From: Asterias rubens
Taxonomy: Eukaryota
Length of the DNA stretch: 64,000 bases
Assembly (NCBI RefSeq): GCF_902459465.1
Contig: NC_047063.1
Coordinates: 16,554,001 to 16,618,000, forward strand
Reading direction: 5' to 3'
The notes beneath the pieces were generated by a model. The model had not been told where the DNA came from. It saw only the letters and a list, made by a program, of their open reading frames with translations, and searched no databases. Positions 37,847-52,000 of the stretch are shown here, piece after piece; the first letter of the stretch is position 1; every line of letters starts with the position of its first letter. The position numbers were made by a program, and so were the translations under genes.

Positions 37847-40800
37847 CAGAAACTTCATCACAGAGGGTTGGTTGCACCTCAATAAACAAACTCCCTTGGC
37901 ATACAGAGCAAAATGCTAAATAATCACATGTACTTAAAAAAAGAAACACCCAGATTTCTCACAGCATTTTACAGTAAGGGTGGGGGGGATTATCCATGAT
38001 GATCTGAACTTTTATCCGCTTATCAATTTAATACAGGGTCCGTTGAGTTGTTCCCCCTCCAAATAAAGACACCCCTACACCAGTGTTAGTTTCCAAGGGT
38101 CTGAGCATCACTCGTGAAAAAGAAATTCCGTTCACCTTTCGGCAAAGATGAAACAAATCAGGGCCAACGTCATCAAGAATACCTGAAATTGGAAGTCAAC
38201 AACCCAAATGTCAAAAGTTTTCCACACAGTGCCCCTTTTATTGTCTACTTTCCAAAAAAGAGCCACTCCTAAAGGCAGTGGACACTATTGGTAATTACTC
38301 AAAAATAATTTTTAGCATAAAACCTTTCTTGGTGACGAGTAATGGGGAGAGGTTGGTGGTATAAAACATTGTGAGAAACGGCTCCCTCTGAAGTGCCATA
38401 GTTTTCGAGAAAGATGTAATTTTCCACGAATTTATATTGTTTCTTCTGTTTTTGCAAAATTGTCTGTATTTTTAATAATTTTAATTGTACACCGCTTTGT
38501 TTGTGACTTCGAAGGCGTTTTTTTTTTTTTTTTTTTTTTAATAATACATATTATTATTATTATTATTATTATTTTATTTGTTTTAAAAATGGATTGACTA
38601 TACGCAAAATGACGATTTATGAAGACGAACAAATTACTGAAAGATGGAGACCCAGTTAAAAGGGCACTGGACACTCTTGGTTATTACTCAAATCAGTTGT
38701 TACCATAACAACTTACTTTGTAACGAGCAATGGAGAACTGTTGATAATAATTATAACATTATGAGAAACGGCTCCTTCTGGTAACGTAGTTTTTGAGGAA
38801 GAGATAATTTACCTCTTAAATGTTTGAATCTAGTTAAAGACTTCAGGCCTGAAGCCATTTTTAAGCATCTGAAGGCGCACAAACATGTGCAACAAGGGTG
38901 TTTTTTCTTTGAGTATTTTCTTGCCACTTCGACGACCAATTGAGTCCAAATTGTTCTCAGACTTGTTACTATGTTAAAGGATACACCAACTGGTAATACT
39001 GGTCTTTGACGAATACCAAAGATTTCCAGTGCCTTTAAAGCCATCATACAAAACCCAAATGGTAAAATGCAGTTTAATGTTAGCTACGACAAAAAAGGGA
39101 CAATAAGTGACCTCATTATCGAACTTCCACTTTGTTCCTTCTGACAAAAGGCAAAGAGTAAAGGAAAATTTTCAATGCCTCAGTTGTTATGGAAACCTGA
39201 ATTTCAGATTATCGATCTGCTCCTGCTATCACTGCCCATTTTATTGAAAGTTGTAATAAAACGAAGCTCGAAGCAAAATTGTTAGTTACGATGGAGCTCC
39301 ACATTGCCGGATGAAAAAAAGGTAAGCCTCCATCCAAGAACTATTTAAAATCGACTCATTGATATTTTGTACGTTTCCTTTGGTGGCCCTTAGAGACACT
39401 GGACACTATTGGTAATTGTCAAAGACCAACATTCTCACTTGGTGTATCCCAACATCCTTAAAATAACAAATCTGTGAAATGTTTGACTTATAATCGTCAA
39501 AGTTGCAAGAGAATAATGATAGAATGAAACACCCTTTTTGCACACATTACTTGTGTGCTTTCGGATGTCTGTTTAACGAAAGGCGTGGTGGTCTTTTGGA
39601 GTGAGCAATTGAATCTTTCTCAACACCTTATTCAGAGGGAGTCGTTTCTCACATTTGTGCTGCACTATCAAAAGCTTTCCACTACTCATTTTCAAGGTTC
39701 AACAAATGTCAACAAATACTTTGAATAGTTACCAATAGTGGCCAGTGCCTTTAAAGGATTTGGGTACTTTTGTATGACACACAACACAATGTCCATAGAT
39801 TTACGTTAAACGTACATGGTTCGAAGATAATGATGGTAGAAAGCTTCCCTATTTTCGCAAGTAATATTTAAAGGGAAGCGTTCTACCATCATTATCTTCG
39901 AACTGTGTGAGAAATCTGTGCACTCTGTGTTGTGTGTCCTTCAAAAACTACCCAGACTTCTATTTTGCTAGTGCTTCAGTTCACACTAATCAGACCCGTG
40001 GTTTAGCCAAAGGGAATCTTTTTGTGAAACAAAGTAGAACTGAGTTTCTTAAAAACAGTCAGTCAGTGTTTGTCTTTTCGGAAAAAAGCTTAAGAAGATT
40101 TTGATTGAATTATACACAACTTTTTAGTAAATATTTTATCTATTGCCCAGTCTCACTCATGCATAATGTCCATGTCCCTTTTGTATGTTAGTGTTTGTTT
40201 TTGTGTAAATTGTCCTTGTCTTTAGGGAAGAGGGAAAAAAAGCTTTTGCTTCTTCTTTTTCCTACATGTTAACATCATCTTTTTCCTACATGTTAACATC
40301 AAACTATTTTCTATTTATTGTTCATTAACTGGATTATTAAGTTTTCCATAGTACAAGTTATTATATGTTTTCTGAACAATGTTATTACACTGTATTGATT
40401 GATGTTGACATGAAATAAATGTATCTGAAATGAAAAAATGAGACCCTTTAAAGCTCTTCGCCCGATCTTCCAGTTTAACTCAGCGGGCTATCCCTTGGCA
40501 GATTATCCAGTCTCTTACAGCCATCTGAACATGAAGTGTAATAACCAAAGCTATGCATTACGTTAATTGTTGACGACAGTAAGCAGAATATTCGATAAAC
40601 ATTTATTTCCCTTTTAAGCATTAAAAATTGAAAAAAAACTTACAGCCATTTAGGCCTACTTGCCCAGTGTTTCAAACGGGTTGAATCAACGATGGACCGG
40701 CAGAAATAAACACACATCCAGCAGCTACAACAGTAACCAACATTAGATGAAAACCAGGATAAGTTTAAACAAAGGACACTATTTTATAAGGTATAATGTA

Positions 40801-41772
40801 AATACTAATTGCTGATTGTCTGCATAAGCACACACTCACATCGGGCCTAAGTTCTCTCTACAAATAAATCTCTGCCTTCTCTCAGACAGTCTATCCTTCT
40901 GCCCGAGTAAAAAGTGGCGCGAAAAATGAAATATAAAATGTAATGGAAATAAAATGCGTCACAAACCAAAACAAAATGCGACGGGAAAATAATGTCCACG
41001 CGAAAAGAAGAAGAACAAAATTACCTAAAAACGCCTCATGAGATCGGTTATTATATATTTAGCCTTTGAAATATATTTGTGATATTCACTCATTCTTAAT
41101 TTCAATAGTTAATGACATCATGTTGGAAGCTATACATTACTTTGTTTTTAACATCATGGTATATATCGAAGAAAAGAGTCTCCCGACCATGTTCTTATGT
41201 CTCAGAGCTACTGAAGAAGGGAAAAAAGAAAAAGAAAAAAAAGTGGAGTACCGTTCTCAAAGTGCACATTCGCCATTGTAACTTTGGTGGTGACCTTGTT
41301 CTGATCAGCAATAATTGGTTATGCTAAAGTACGACTTATAAAGCATAGTTCCAAATTGTAAAATACGATGCTAAAGAATGTTACAAAATGGTCAGTTTAT
41401 GAGCGAGAGAGAAGAGTAAGTTTTTAGTTAAAGAACTGAAAGTATGCGATATTAGATTAAATAAAAAGAGAAGTTCTTTTAAGAACAACACTCCACAGTA
41501 AACTAGATGGTGTTACTGCAAGCTGAATTGGATTGAAGCCTCACTGCGCAGTGCATTGCGCTATTAAAAACAGCTCTATTAAATTGTGAAAATTGGCTGA
41601 ACTTTTTCAGAGCGTGAATAATTATTAGAGGTCAGAGAACAATTTTATCTATAAAGTCATCATACTGAGGGAGTGAAATCAACCCCGCCCCCTCCCCCAA
41701 CCACCACCAGACTGGTAGAACATATCAAAGTGAATAATTAATACGTTTTAGAGGAAAGAAAAAGAGCATGTC

Positions 41773-42150
41773 AATAGACCCTTCCCATGAAATATGTAAA
41801 TTGCACATAGCGCCTGCGCACTAACATTTTGGTTGGCAAAATGAGGGAACATCGCGCTCTTTTGTACACGGCTAATGGGTGCGTGACGCAGACGCGATTG
41901 CGCGTCTGCTTAGTGGACAACTCTATAGGCCGAGTTATAGTCGGTCGCGCGATGGTCGGGCGTCGGAAATCTCGACGCGCGATCATAAAAAGACACGGTT
42001 TTTAGGCCTCAGTCTTAGGATTGCGCGCAAGATTTCTGTCGCGCGACTATCGCGCGACCGACTATAAACCGGCCTTTAGGCGTTTGCCAACCAACAGGGT
42101 CTGTACGCATGCGTGATTGTGATTAGCATATTTCACGGGAAGGGTCCATT
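41773..42150. mobile_element. AATAGACCCTTCCC MITE containing a nested GGCC-ended (Harbinger-like) MITE at 41928-42074
   Basis: Outer TIR AATAGACCCTTCCCATGAAATATG / CATATTTCACGGGAAGGGTCCATT; the nested element is homologous (inverted) to about 5013-5135. Confidence 0.75.
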
Positions 42151-45100
42151 AAATTTGAGGGGTGTTTTTGTATAGATTTGTTCTTTTGAGAATTTTTTGT
42201 TTGTGTCATTTATTTTCCCGCCGCAGGGGTTAGAGTAGATTTCAGAACTCGGAAAGATTCTTAGTTATCAAAATATAAAATGTGGAATTGCTATCACGAA
42301 GAGTGTCGACCTCTGGTAAAATATTACTTAGTTTCAAACTGAAGTGAATAACATTTAGCTAAGTGTATGATGAAATTACCTCTAAAGTCTTTGCTTGCAG
42401 AACTAACTGATTTCGCTTTTACTGGGAAGAATTGTAAGATGAGAAATTATGAGATAAAACAAAATAGTTGTGTCATGTCGTGTCTGGTATACGAACCACG
42501 TTAAAAAAAGACATATACATGTATTTGTTTAGAGATAATTTGAATCAAGAATGCTGTCTTAAACTATTCGGTGCTTAAATGGTCACAGACCCTTACATTG
42601 CTTTCCCTGCAGCAGTAGCCTGTGGTTTTTCAAATGAACTCAGCATGAAAATGCTGAAGCAGGCAGGACCCAGTTTCATAGACCAGCTTAATTACAAAAA
42701 GCTAAGCAAAATCATTTTATCCTAACCATAACAAGGTTTAAAAGAACGAGGTTATTTAATTTGGTTTTCACTCATGTAAATTGCAAATGGAATCCTAAAG
42801 TTCAAAAAGTATCTAAAACCAAGATAGTGTCCCAAAAAGGTATCCAGGGGTGGCGTGATAGGGATGCAGTTGAACAGTAAACCAATAAACAGTCTATAAA
42901 TCGTAATATACAAATAAACCTATACATTTTCTATAAATAACTGACACTAGTTGAACATCGCATGTTCTTAGGAGGCACGTGCCGCAAATGTTCAATAACA
43001 CCTTTCTGACTGGCATGAGCAATATTGCCATCGAAATCACTAATTTGAAATGATTGGATCTTTGATTCGCTTGGCGTTATTAGCCGCGTGCAGACACTGG
43101 GATGTGAGATGTGCTGATAGAATAAAGGTTTTCCAATTTAATGCTATGAGGCACTAGATAGTAACAGTATACCAGATTTTCAATTGTGCTTCGAAAATGA
43201 CAAGTTGTAATTATAGAAGCCCCCGCCGTGCCACAAAATTTACCGTATGAAGTTCTAAAAAAATAGTTTAAAGATGGGTTTATAAGATGGTGTCTAGTCA
43301 AACAAATAAATTAACAAAACACTTGGTGAGGCACTGCAGCTGTTAATGGTATCAACTATTTGGACAAATTATTGCCTTTTAAGTAGTATGATTTGAATTA
43401 TTTTTTTCATCCAGAACTTATAAAAAATTTACGAAACGACTCATGCATGAATCGTTTCTTAGTTTTCTGCGGTTTGGCTGTTCGTGATTGGTGCGGCCAG
43501 AAGTGCGACCAGTTGGTACACGCTGTCACCTTTAATAGTTATGTTATATTTGGTTTGCAAAAACACCATGTGTAAATCTACTTGATGTTCTTTTGAGAAC
43601 TTGTCTTGCTTTGTTTGGATTTGACATTCTTGTAAAAATAACGTGACACTTTTTGCTTGTTTTTGTTTTTCAGTTTTTTAAGTTAGACACTGTAATCAGC
43701 TAAAAACGTCACATGTGATTTTTTTTTGTATTTAAGCTTCCTTTTTAATTTGCCATAAATTACTTGACGAAATGTATGGTCACATTTTTAAAACTCCAAG
43801 GCAACCAGTTCGAATATTAATGGTTTGATTCTTTTAAACCTGGTGTAAATTATCTTTTTTAGAGGTGTGATCATGACTTTGTGGAATATAGCTCCTTTTT
43901 ATTACCTTTTTAAAACATTTTATTCATTTCCCTGATGAACGACCTCTTGTAATTTTTTCCCGGAAGATTCAACTTGATGCCATCACAGTTTCAAGAGGGT
44001 AATGAAATAGCATATAACAACGCTCAATTTGCGTGATTGTGATTAGCATATTTCACGGGAAGGGTCCATTAAATTTGAGGGGTGTTTTTGTATAGATTTG
44101 TTCTTTTGAGAATTTTTTTTGTGTGTGTCATTTATTTTCCCGCCGCAGGGGTTAGAGTAGATTTCAGAACTCGGAAAGATTCTTAGTTATCAAAATATAA
44201 AATGTGGAATTGCTATCATTAAGAGTGTCGACCTCTGGTAAAATATTACTTAGTTTCAAACTGAAGTGAATAACATTTAGCTAAGTGTATGATGAAATTA
44301 CCTCTAAAGTCTTTGCTTGCAGAACTAACTGATTTCGCTTTTACTGGGAAGAATTGTAAGATGAGAAATTATGAGATAAAACAAAATAGTTGTGTCATGT
44401 CGTGTCTGGTATACGAACCACGTTAAAAAAAGACATATACATGTATTTGTTTAGAGATAATTTGAATCAAGAATGCTGTCTTAAACTATTCGGTGCTTAA
44501 ATGGTCACAGACCCTTACATTGCTTTCCCTGCAGCAGTAGCCTGTGGTTTTTCAAATGAACTCAGCATGAAAATGCTGAAGCAGGCAGGACCCAGTTTCA
44601 TAGACCAGCTTAATTACAAAAAGCTAAGCAAAATCATTTTATCCTAACCATAACAAGGTTTAAAAGAACGAGGTTATTTAATTTGGTTTTCACTCGTGTA
44701 AATTGCAAATGGAATCCTAAAGTTCAAAAAGTATCTAAAACCAAGATAGTGTCCCAAAAAGGTATCCAGGGGTGGCGTGATAGGGATGCAGTTGAACAGT
44801 AAACCGATAAACAGTCTATAAATCGTAATATACAAATAAACCTATACATTTTCTATAAATAACTGACACTAGTTGAACATCGCATGTTCTTAGGAGGCAC
44901 GTGCCGCAAATGTTCAATAACACCTTTCTGACTGGCATGAGCAATATTGCCATCGAAATCACTAATTTGAAATGATTGGATCTTTGATTCGCTTGGCGTT
45001 ATTAGCCGCGTGCAGACACTGGGATGTGAGATGTGCTGATAGAATAAAGGTTTTCCAATTTAATGCTATGAGGCACTAGATAGTAACAGTATACCAGATT

Positions 45101-45950
45101 TTCAATTGTGCTTCGAAAATGACAAGTTGTAATTATAGAAGCCCCCGCCGTGCCACAAAATTTACCGTATGAAGTTCTAAAAAATAGTTTAAAGATGGGT
45201 TTATAAGATAGTGTCTAGTCAAACAAATAAATTAACAAAACACTTGGTGAGGCACTGCAGCTGTTAATGGTATCAACTATTTGGACAAATTATTGCCTTT
45301 TAAGTAGTATGATTTGAATTATTTTTTTCATCCAGAACTTATAAAAAATTTACGAAACGACTCATGCATGAATCGTTTCTTAGTTTTCTGCGGTTTGGCT
45401 GTTCGTGATTGGTGCGGCCAGAAGTGCGACCAGTTGGTACACGCTGTCACCTTTAATAGTTATGTTATATTTGGTTTGCAAAAACACCATGTGTAAATCT
45501 ACTTGATGTTCTTTTGAGAACTTGTCTTGCTTTGTTTGGATTTGACATTCTTGTAAAAATAACGTGACACTTTTTGCTTGTTTTTGTTTTTCAGTTTTTT
45601 AAGTTAGACACTGTAATCAGCTAAAAACGTCACATGTGATTTTTTTTGTATTTAAGCTTCCTTTTTAATTTGCCATAAATTACTTGACGAAATGTATGGT
45701 CACATTTTTAAAACTCCAAGGCAACCAGTTCGAATATTAATGGTTTGATTCTTTTAAACCTGGTGTAAATTATCTTTTTTAGAGGTTTGATCATGACTTT
45801 GTGGAATATAGCTCCTTGTTATTACATTTTTAAAACATTTTATTCATTCCCCTGATGAACGACTTCTTGTAATTTTTTCCCGGAAGATTCAACTTGATGC
45901 CATCACAGTTTCAAGAGGGTAATGAAATAGCATATAACAACGCTCAATTT
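42111..45950. repeat. Tandem direct duplication, 2 x 1920 bp (42111-44030, 44031-45950)
   Basis: Both units begin GCGTGATTGTGATTAGC and end CAACGCTCAATTT; only about a dozen differences seen by eye. Confidence 0.95.
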
Positions 45951-46017
45951 TTGAAATGTAACTATTTTTGCGATCATTTATCTTTCAGCTCGTTTTAATT
46001 TGAAGACACAAAGGAAC

Positions 46018-49000
46018 ATGAGAGCCAACATGGTTTGGATTGCCACTGCTGCCATTTGTCTCGCGGCGGGTATGTATGGCTGCAGTGTTTATTTATTTAT
46101 TTACTAATCATATTAATAGTATGTCTTTATTACCACATACGACACAGAAACACTTTGGTTTGATCAACAGAGTGGCCTGAGCAGCCTTTTATTTGTTTAT
46201 GCTGCAATGAGCTAAGCCATAACAAAATGCTTGTATTTTATAGAACTAAACCAGATCTCCGGCAGTTGCCTGCCATCCGCAAGATCTTCTAAAATGTGTT
46301 TAATGCAAACCAATAAGCTGAACTGATTCCCGGTAGTTGCATCACCCGCGAAATCAAAAGTAACAAATAAAGCAATTAAAGCCAAACTGATTTCCGGCAG
46401 TTGCATAAATCCGCGAAATCAAAAGTAATAAACAAAGCAATTAAAGCCAAACTGATTTCCGCGAAATCAATAACAGTAAATCAACCAATAGCAAAACTGA
46501 CCTCCGGCCGTAGCTAAATCCGCGAGGTCGCCAAAACTACTACTGCATACAGGTTTCCGGACGAGGCTGTACCGCGAAACCAAAAGCGTTAAAATAAAAG
46601 GTTTGCAAAGGAACTTGAAATTAAAGCAAATATAGCACAGTTAAATAAACAGCACATATTCCCCGGTTGTTGGCAAATTAAGACAAAGCGACTAAAATAT
46701 GTTTCATCCCGTCAACGCAGAATACCATAGTTATAATAATCATAATACATTTAACAAAGACCCCAAAGTAGCAAATTATAACAGCTGAATGAATATACCT
46801 GAGGACTATTGAGGTGTAAACAATGAAATACCGCCTGCGGGACCAACCTGAGAAGAGCGAAAAACTTCAAAAAACCCAAAGGGAAAAAGAAGGAAATTCT
46901 CTTACTGGCTCCTGAGATTTATGGCAGCCGAGTGTAAAAACTCCAGGATGGTCCTCATAAAATCAAATAAGCAACTTACAACGAAACGATAGCAATTTAG
47001 CCATTACTAAAATTGTAGCTCAAAACGAATTTTAGAAACCGATACCAAATTTTTTAAGAAGGCGGTAGAATGGGGATGGCGGTGGGAATTCGAAAATTGA
47101 TGACTGAAAAATTGTCAACTCAACTCAAAGGCTGCTCAGACAAAAGTGATCAAGCCAGCACAGACCGGCTATCAAGGAATGCAAGGCACCGTCCAAGGGG
47201 GTCAATTGGCCGAAAGGCGAGGCAATAAACCAAATGCCCGGTCCAGACTGGTGACAGATTGAGCACACAGGTCCCGCGACAAGCCCGCCTGACTGTCTAG
47301 CGGTAATAAAATATTTGAAGCACAAAGTTTTGGCCTCAAATTGATTATTACCACATACGACACAGAAACACTTTGGTTTGATCAACAGAGTGGCCTGAGC
47401 AGCCTTTTATTTGTTTATGCTGCAATGAGCTAAGCCATAACAAAATGCTTGTATTTTATAGAACTAAACCAGATCTCCGGCAGTTGCCTGCCATCCGCAA
47501 GATCTTCTAAAATGTGTTTAATGCAAACCAATAAGCTGAACTGATTCCCGGTAGTTGCATCACCCGCGAAATCAAAAGTAACAAATAAAGCAATTAAAGC
47601 CAAACTGATTTCCGGCAGTTGCATAAATCCGCGAAATCAAAAGTAATAAACAAAGCAATTAAAGCCAAACTGATTTCCGCGAAATCAATAACAGTAAATC
47701 AACCAATAGCAAAACTGACCTCCGGCCGTAGCTAAATCCGCGAGGTCGCCAAAACTACTACTGCATACAGGTTTCCGGACGAGGCTGTACCGCGAAACCA
47801 AAAGCGTTAAAATAAAAGGTTTGCAAAGGAACTTGAAATTAAAGCAAATATAGCACAGTTAAATAAACAGCACATATTCCCCGGTTGTTGGCAAATTAAG
47901 ACAAAGCGACTAAAATATGTTTCATCCCGTCAACGCAGAATACCATAGTTATAATAATCATAATACATTTAACAAAGACCCCAAAGTAGCAAATTATAAC
48001 AGCTGAATGAATATACCTGAGGACTATTGAGGTGTAAACAATGAAATACCGCCACACGGTCATCGAGATGACCGCCGCCAAAATAGCCTCAAGATTAATT
48101 CAGTTGGGTATAACTTTTATGGAAATAAAGTGCGAAGTGCATCATTAAAATTAGAAATCAAGAAATGACAAGCTGTGTCAGAAAGGTGGATGCCGTCGTG
48201 GATAAATAAGTCACGATTCGACCACACTATTTGAGGATGGTTAATCAAACCACCGGGCGAGGACCTTAACAGACCACCCACATTACGATTGATGGCCCGT
48301 CTCGCCCTCTCAACCTTGTTTTGTTTGATCGCCCCAGTATAGGCAACTCGTGGTAAAATTTCGGACCAGAAAATTATGGCGTGCGGCAAAAGTTCTCTGG
48401 TGCCCGACAGCAACCGATGGATGTCATGCAACATGCATTTCTTTGGCACCTTGCCGAGGTCATTTGATCCCACATGAATAATGATGGCGTCCGGATTGGA
48501 GTTTTCGCGAGACCACGTGTATTGCAGAAAATCTCCAAACTGCTCAATGTGGAGTCCCCGTCTCCCGAACCATTGCACCTTCAAGCCGGGTATGAGTGTA
48601 GCATCCCTCACAGCTATGCGGGATGCCCAATGTACAAAAGAGTCGCCAATAACCCACACCAAAGGCTCACCGTGGTGTGGGGTTGCTCATAAAGGAAACA
48701 GAATGAAAGAAAACAAATTAAAATGGGGTTGTAATACTAAAATCAAATCCAAACAAAAGCATTAACAAAATTATTAACAAAAGAAAACTGAGCAGGGGCA
48801 GGCTTTTTACAAAATAAAGCCGGGGTCAATACGAATGTAGCGGCTATAGGCGTTGGACTTCCAACGCCCCATAGCTTAAATATCCGCCTCGGGAATACCT
48901 GACATTGCTGCAGAGGTGGCTGCCCCAATACGAAATGAATGCGAAGAAAAACGCATGTCACCAAGACCAACAAAATCCAGAGAACGCTGAAGAACCGCAG

Positions 49001-52000
49001 TGAATTGGGAGCGTGTGACTGGGTCCCCATTGAAGTGTGAAAAGAAGCTTGAGCAATGCGGACGCAGAACGCTCAAAAACTGCGCCGCAGCTCGAACAGG
49101 GCAAAGTGCAAAATCGCCCTGTGAACACTCGGGAATCGTAATGAAGCAACCCCGACCATACTGATTGGTTTTTGAAAACCTAACATTGAGCACCACAACC
49201 CGCCCAGTGGGCGCAACCTGCAAGGAAACATCTGAATGCCTCAGGGGAGAAACCACATGCTTAGACTTGGCAGTGAATTCGCCAACACGTAAAAACCCAA
49301 AGAAAGCGAACAGAAATGCCGCTCTAAAGAGCTGTGCTTCAAACTGGTTAGTGCAAATGGAATCCAAAGCAGGCACAATGCGTCGCAAAATACTGAAAGT
49401 AATGGGACGGCGTAAGTCACGGCGACTGTCCAGCCGCCTACTACTCTCTAACAGACGCTTAACAATAAAATGTTTGGTTATGTCGGGCGACCCAGCCAAA
49501 CGCAAAGACGAAGCAATACCTGAAACATAAGACGCAATGGTGGTAGAAGCATACCCGTTAATTGACAGAAATGCAATAAATTGAACAAGTGATTGTAAAG
49601 ATGAGAAAAGGGGATCACCAAAGCCATGCAGTGTGCAAAATTCCTGGTAAATGTTCCAGGCCCGTCGATAGAGCGAGTGGGTACGAGGTGCCAACGAATG
49701 TTGCAGCAATTCTTGCACTTCTAGCTGAAGGCGCTCCACAGGTTGCCTGGCAAGGGGGTCATAACGGGGTCTGCCCCGGGTGCCAACCGGCGAAAACGGT
49801 CCATCTGGAAACGGGAAAGAGCATCAGCAATAGAATTATCAACCCCCGGGACATGACGAGCCTTGAAGTGGATATCCAACTCAAGACAACGCAAAACCAA
49901 GAAACGAACCAACTTCATTATCTTTGCACAATGTGAGGTTTGACGATTAATAATCGCTACTACCGCTTCGTTGTCACACCAAAAAATTACTCTCTTCCCC
50001 TGCAAATGCTGCCCCCACAAGCGTAGGGCCAGGGTAACTGGGAACAGTTCTAGAAATGCAATCGACAATTTAGATGCCTTTATTGAACATGGCCAACGGC
50101 CCTGAGACCAACTTCCATCAAAAAACGCACCAAAGCCTAATTCTGCAGATGCATCGGTGAACAAATGTAAACTACTGCTAGAAGACCAAACAGCAGACGG
50201 AAATACTACTGTACCATTAAAGCGTGACAAAAACTGCTGCCAAGCAAGCAAATCCTCACGCGCTCCAGATGAAATACGGATGCGGTGGTGGGGAATACTT
50301 ACACCACGAGTCAAATCAAACAAACGCCTCAAAAACGCTCTACCCGGACGCACCGCCTTACAAACAAAATTCAAACTACCTAAAACTGACTGAAGTTCCC
50401 GGAGTGTAACCTTCTTTTTGCTAATGACATTAGAAAGTTTGGCCTGCAGTGCAACAATCTTGCCCGGAGGCACTTGAATCTCCTGCGCCACAGTGTCAAT
50501 GTCCAATCCAAGAAAAGACAATTTAGTTGTGGGCCCCTCGCTTTTTTCCTCCGCCAAAGGCACCCCAAACTCCTTAGCAACAACTCGAAAGGATTGCATG
50601 ACTCGCAAACACTCCTGTGTGTTTTGCTTCCCCGCAAAAAGGAAATCATCTAGATAGTGCATGATACACTGAGAAGCAGACACTTTACGAGCACTGTATT
50701 CCAGGAAGGTACTGAAACGCTCAAATGTAGCACATGAAATGGAACACCCCATAGGCATACATTTATCAAAATAATAAAGGCCCTCAATGGTAAAACCCAG
50801 CAAATCGAAATCAATAGGGTGAACAGGAAGTAAACGAAATGCTGATTTAATGTCAGCCTTGGCCATAAGGGCCTCGGGACCTAAACTGGTTACCATAGCA
50901 ACAGCATCATCAAAGCTAGCATAATGTACCGAAGCTGCACTTGGGTCAATGTGATCGTTAACCGAATTACCCAACGGTGAAGACAAGTTATGAATTAGAC
51001 GAAATTCCCCAGGTGCTTGCTTCGGTACTAAACCAATTGGGGAACAACGCAAATTGGGTAGCGGGGGTGTTGAAAAAGGACCAGCCACCCGGCCCAATTG
51101 AAGTTCGCGGTCAATTTTTTGACGCACAATTGGCAAATTGCCACGAACAGAAACCAAATTTCGAGCTGCAGAAGCAGTCCGGGGACCTGTATAACCAAGC
51201 CTAAAGCCAACGGAAAAACCCTGAAAAAGAACTTGCGCATCATGCGTATTGAGATACGACTGCAAAAATGGGCGCATCTTACTGAGCAGAATTGGGGTTT
51301 GCGCTAACTGCAGGCCCGCGGGTGCGAGAACCTCGGCAATTACTGGCTGGGTGACCGACGGAGGAGCAGATTGCGCATTTGTGGGTGTAACGACAGGCTG
51401 GACGAAAACACTGGCCACGGTTGTAATCGTGACAGGTGCTAGATCCAGGCTCCCGTTGCGTTGCCCGGCGGGACCCGAAACTACTGGGACTGTGGTCTTG
51501 CTGCCGAAATGAGCCTCGACTCCCGAAGGAACGAACATTTTGGGGCTGCCCCGGCGCACCAACCAACATGAGCCAAAGCTCCGCATCAATGGTAGCCCAT
51601 GAACGAGATGGCACACGAGCCTGCCTAAGCCTGAAATTGACGTCGTAGTCACGCCAGCCAAAGCCAGTACGACGAAATGCCGCTGATCGAACAATGTCAG
51701 CATACTTCAAAAGATGCCGTGCTTGACCAGGATGACGCTGCAGAAAAATGGAAGCAAAAATCAAAAATGCCGATGTCCATTGCTCAATGGACGTGATCCG
51801 TTGGGTCTGCTTATGCGGCCGCAGTTGCCAAGCCGGTGACTCGTGCGTCCCAACCATGAACACGCAGTCATTTTCGGAATGACGAGCAGGTCGCAAAAGG
51901 GACCCGAACTCCACAAACTCGCCCTTCCAAATTTTTTCTTGCAACGCTAAGGGCACGGTGGCCCCAATATCGTCACAGACGCTGTGCAGTGGCGCGCTAT

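Noticed and set aside
40254-40301. 24-bp direct tandem duplication (also a 14-bp pair at about 62840-62867)
   Set aside because: Ordinary replication-slippage products.
42087-42120. NRF1-like CGCATGCG promoter motif
   Set aside because: It lies inside the 41773-42150 MITE, so there is no independent evidence for a promoter.
43393-45496. Identical 60-aa ORFs at 43393 and 45314; identical 64-aa ORFs at 46212 and 47430; matching ORFs at 47125 and 52625
   Set aside because: By-products of the tandem duplication and the Ngaro split repeats; no coding signal.
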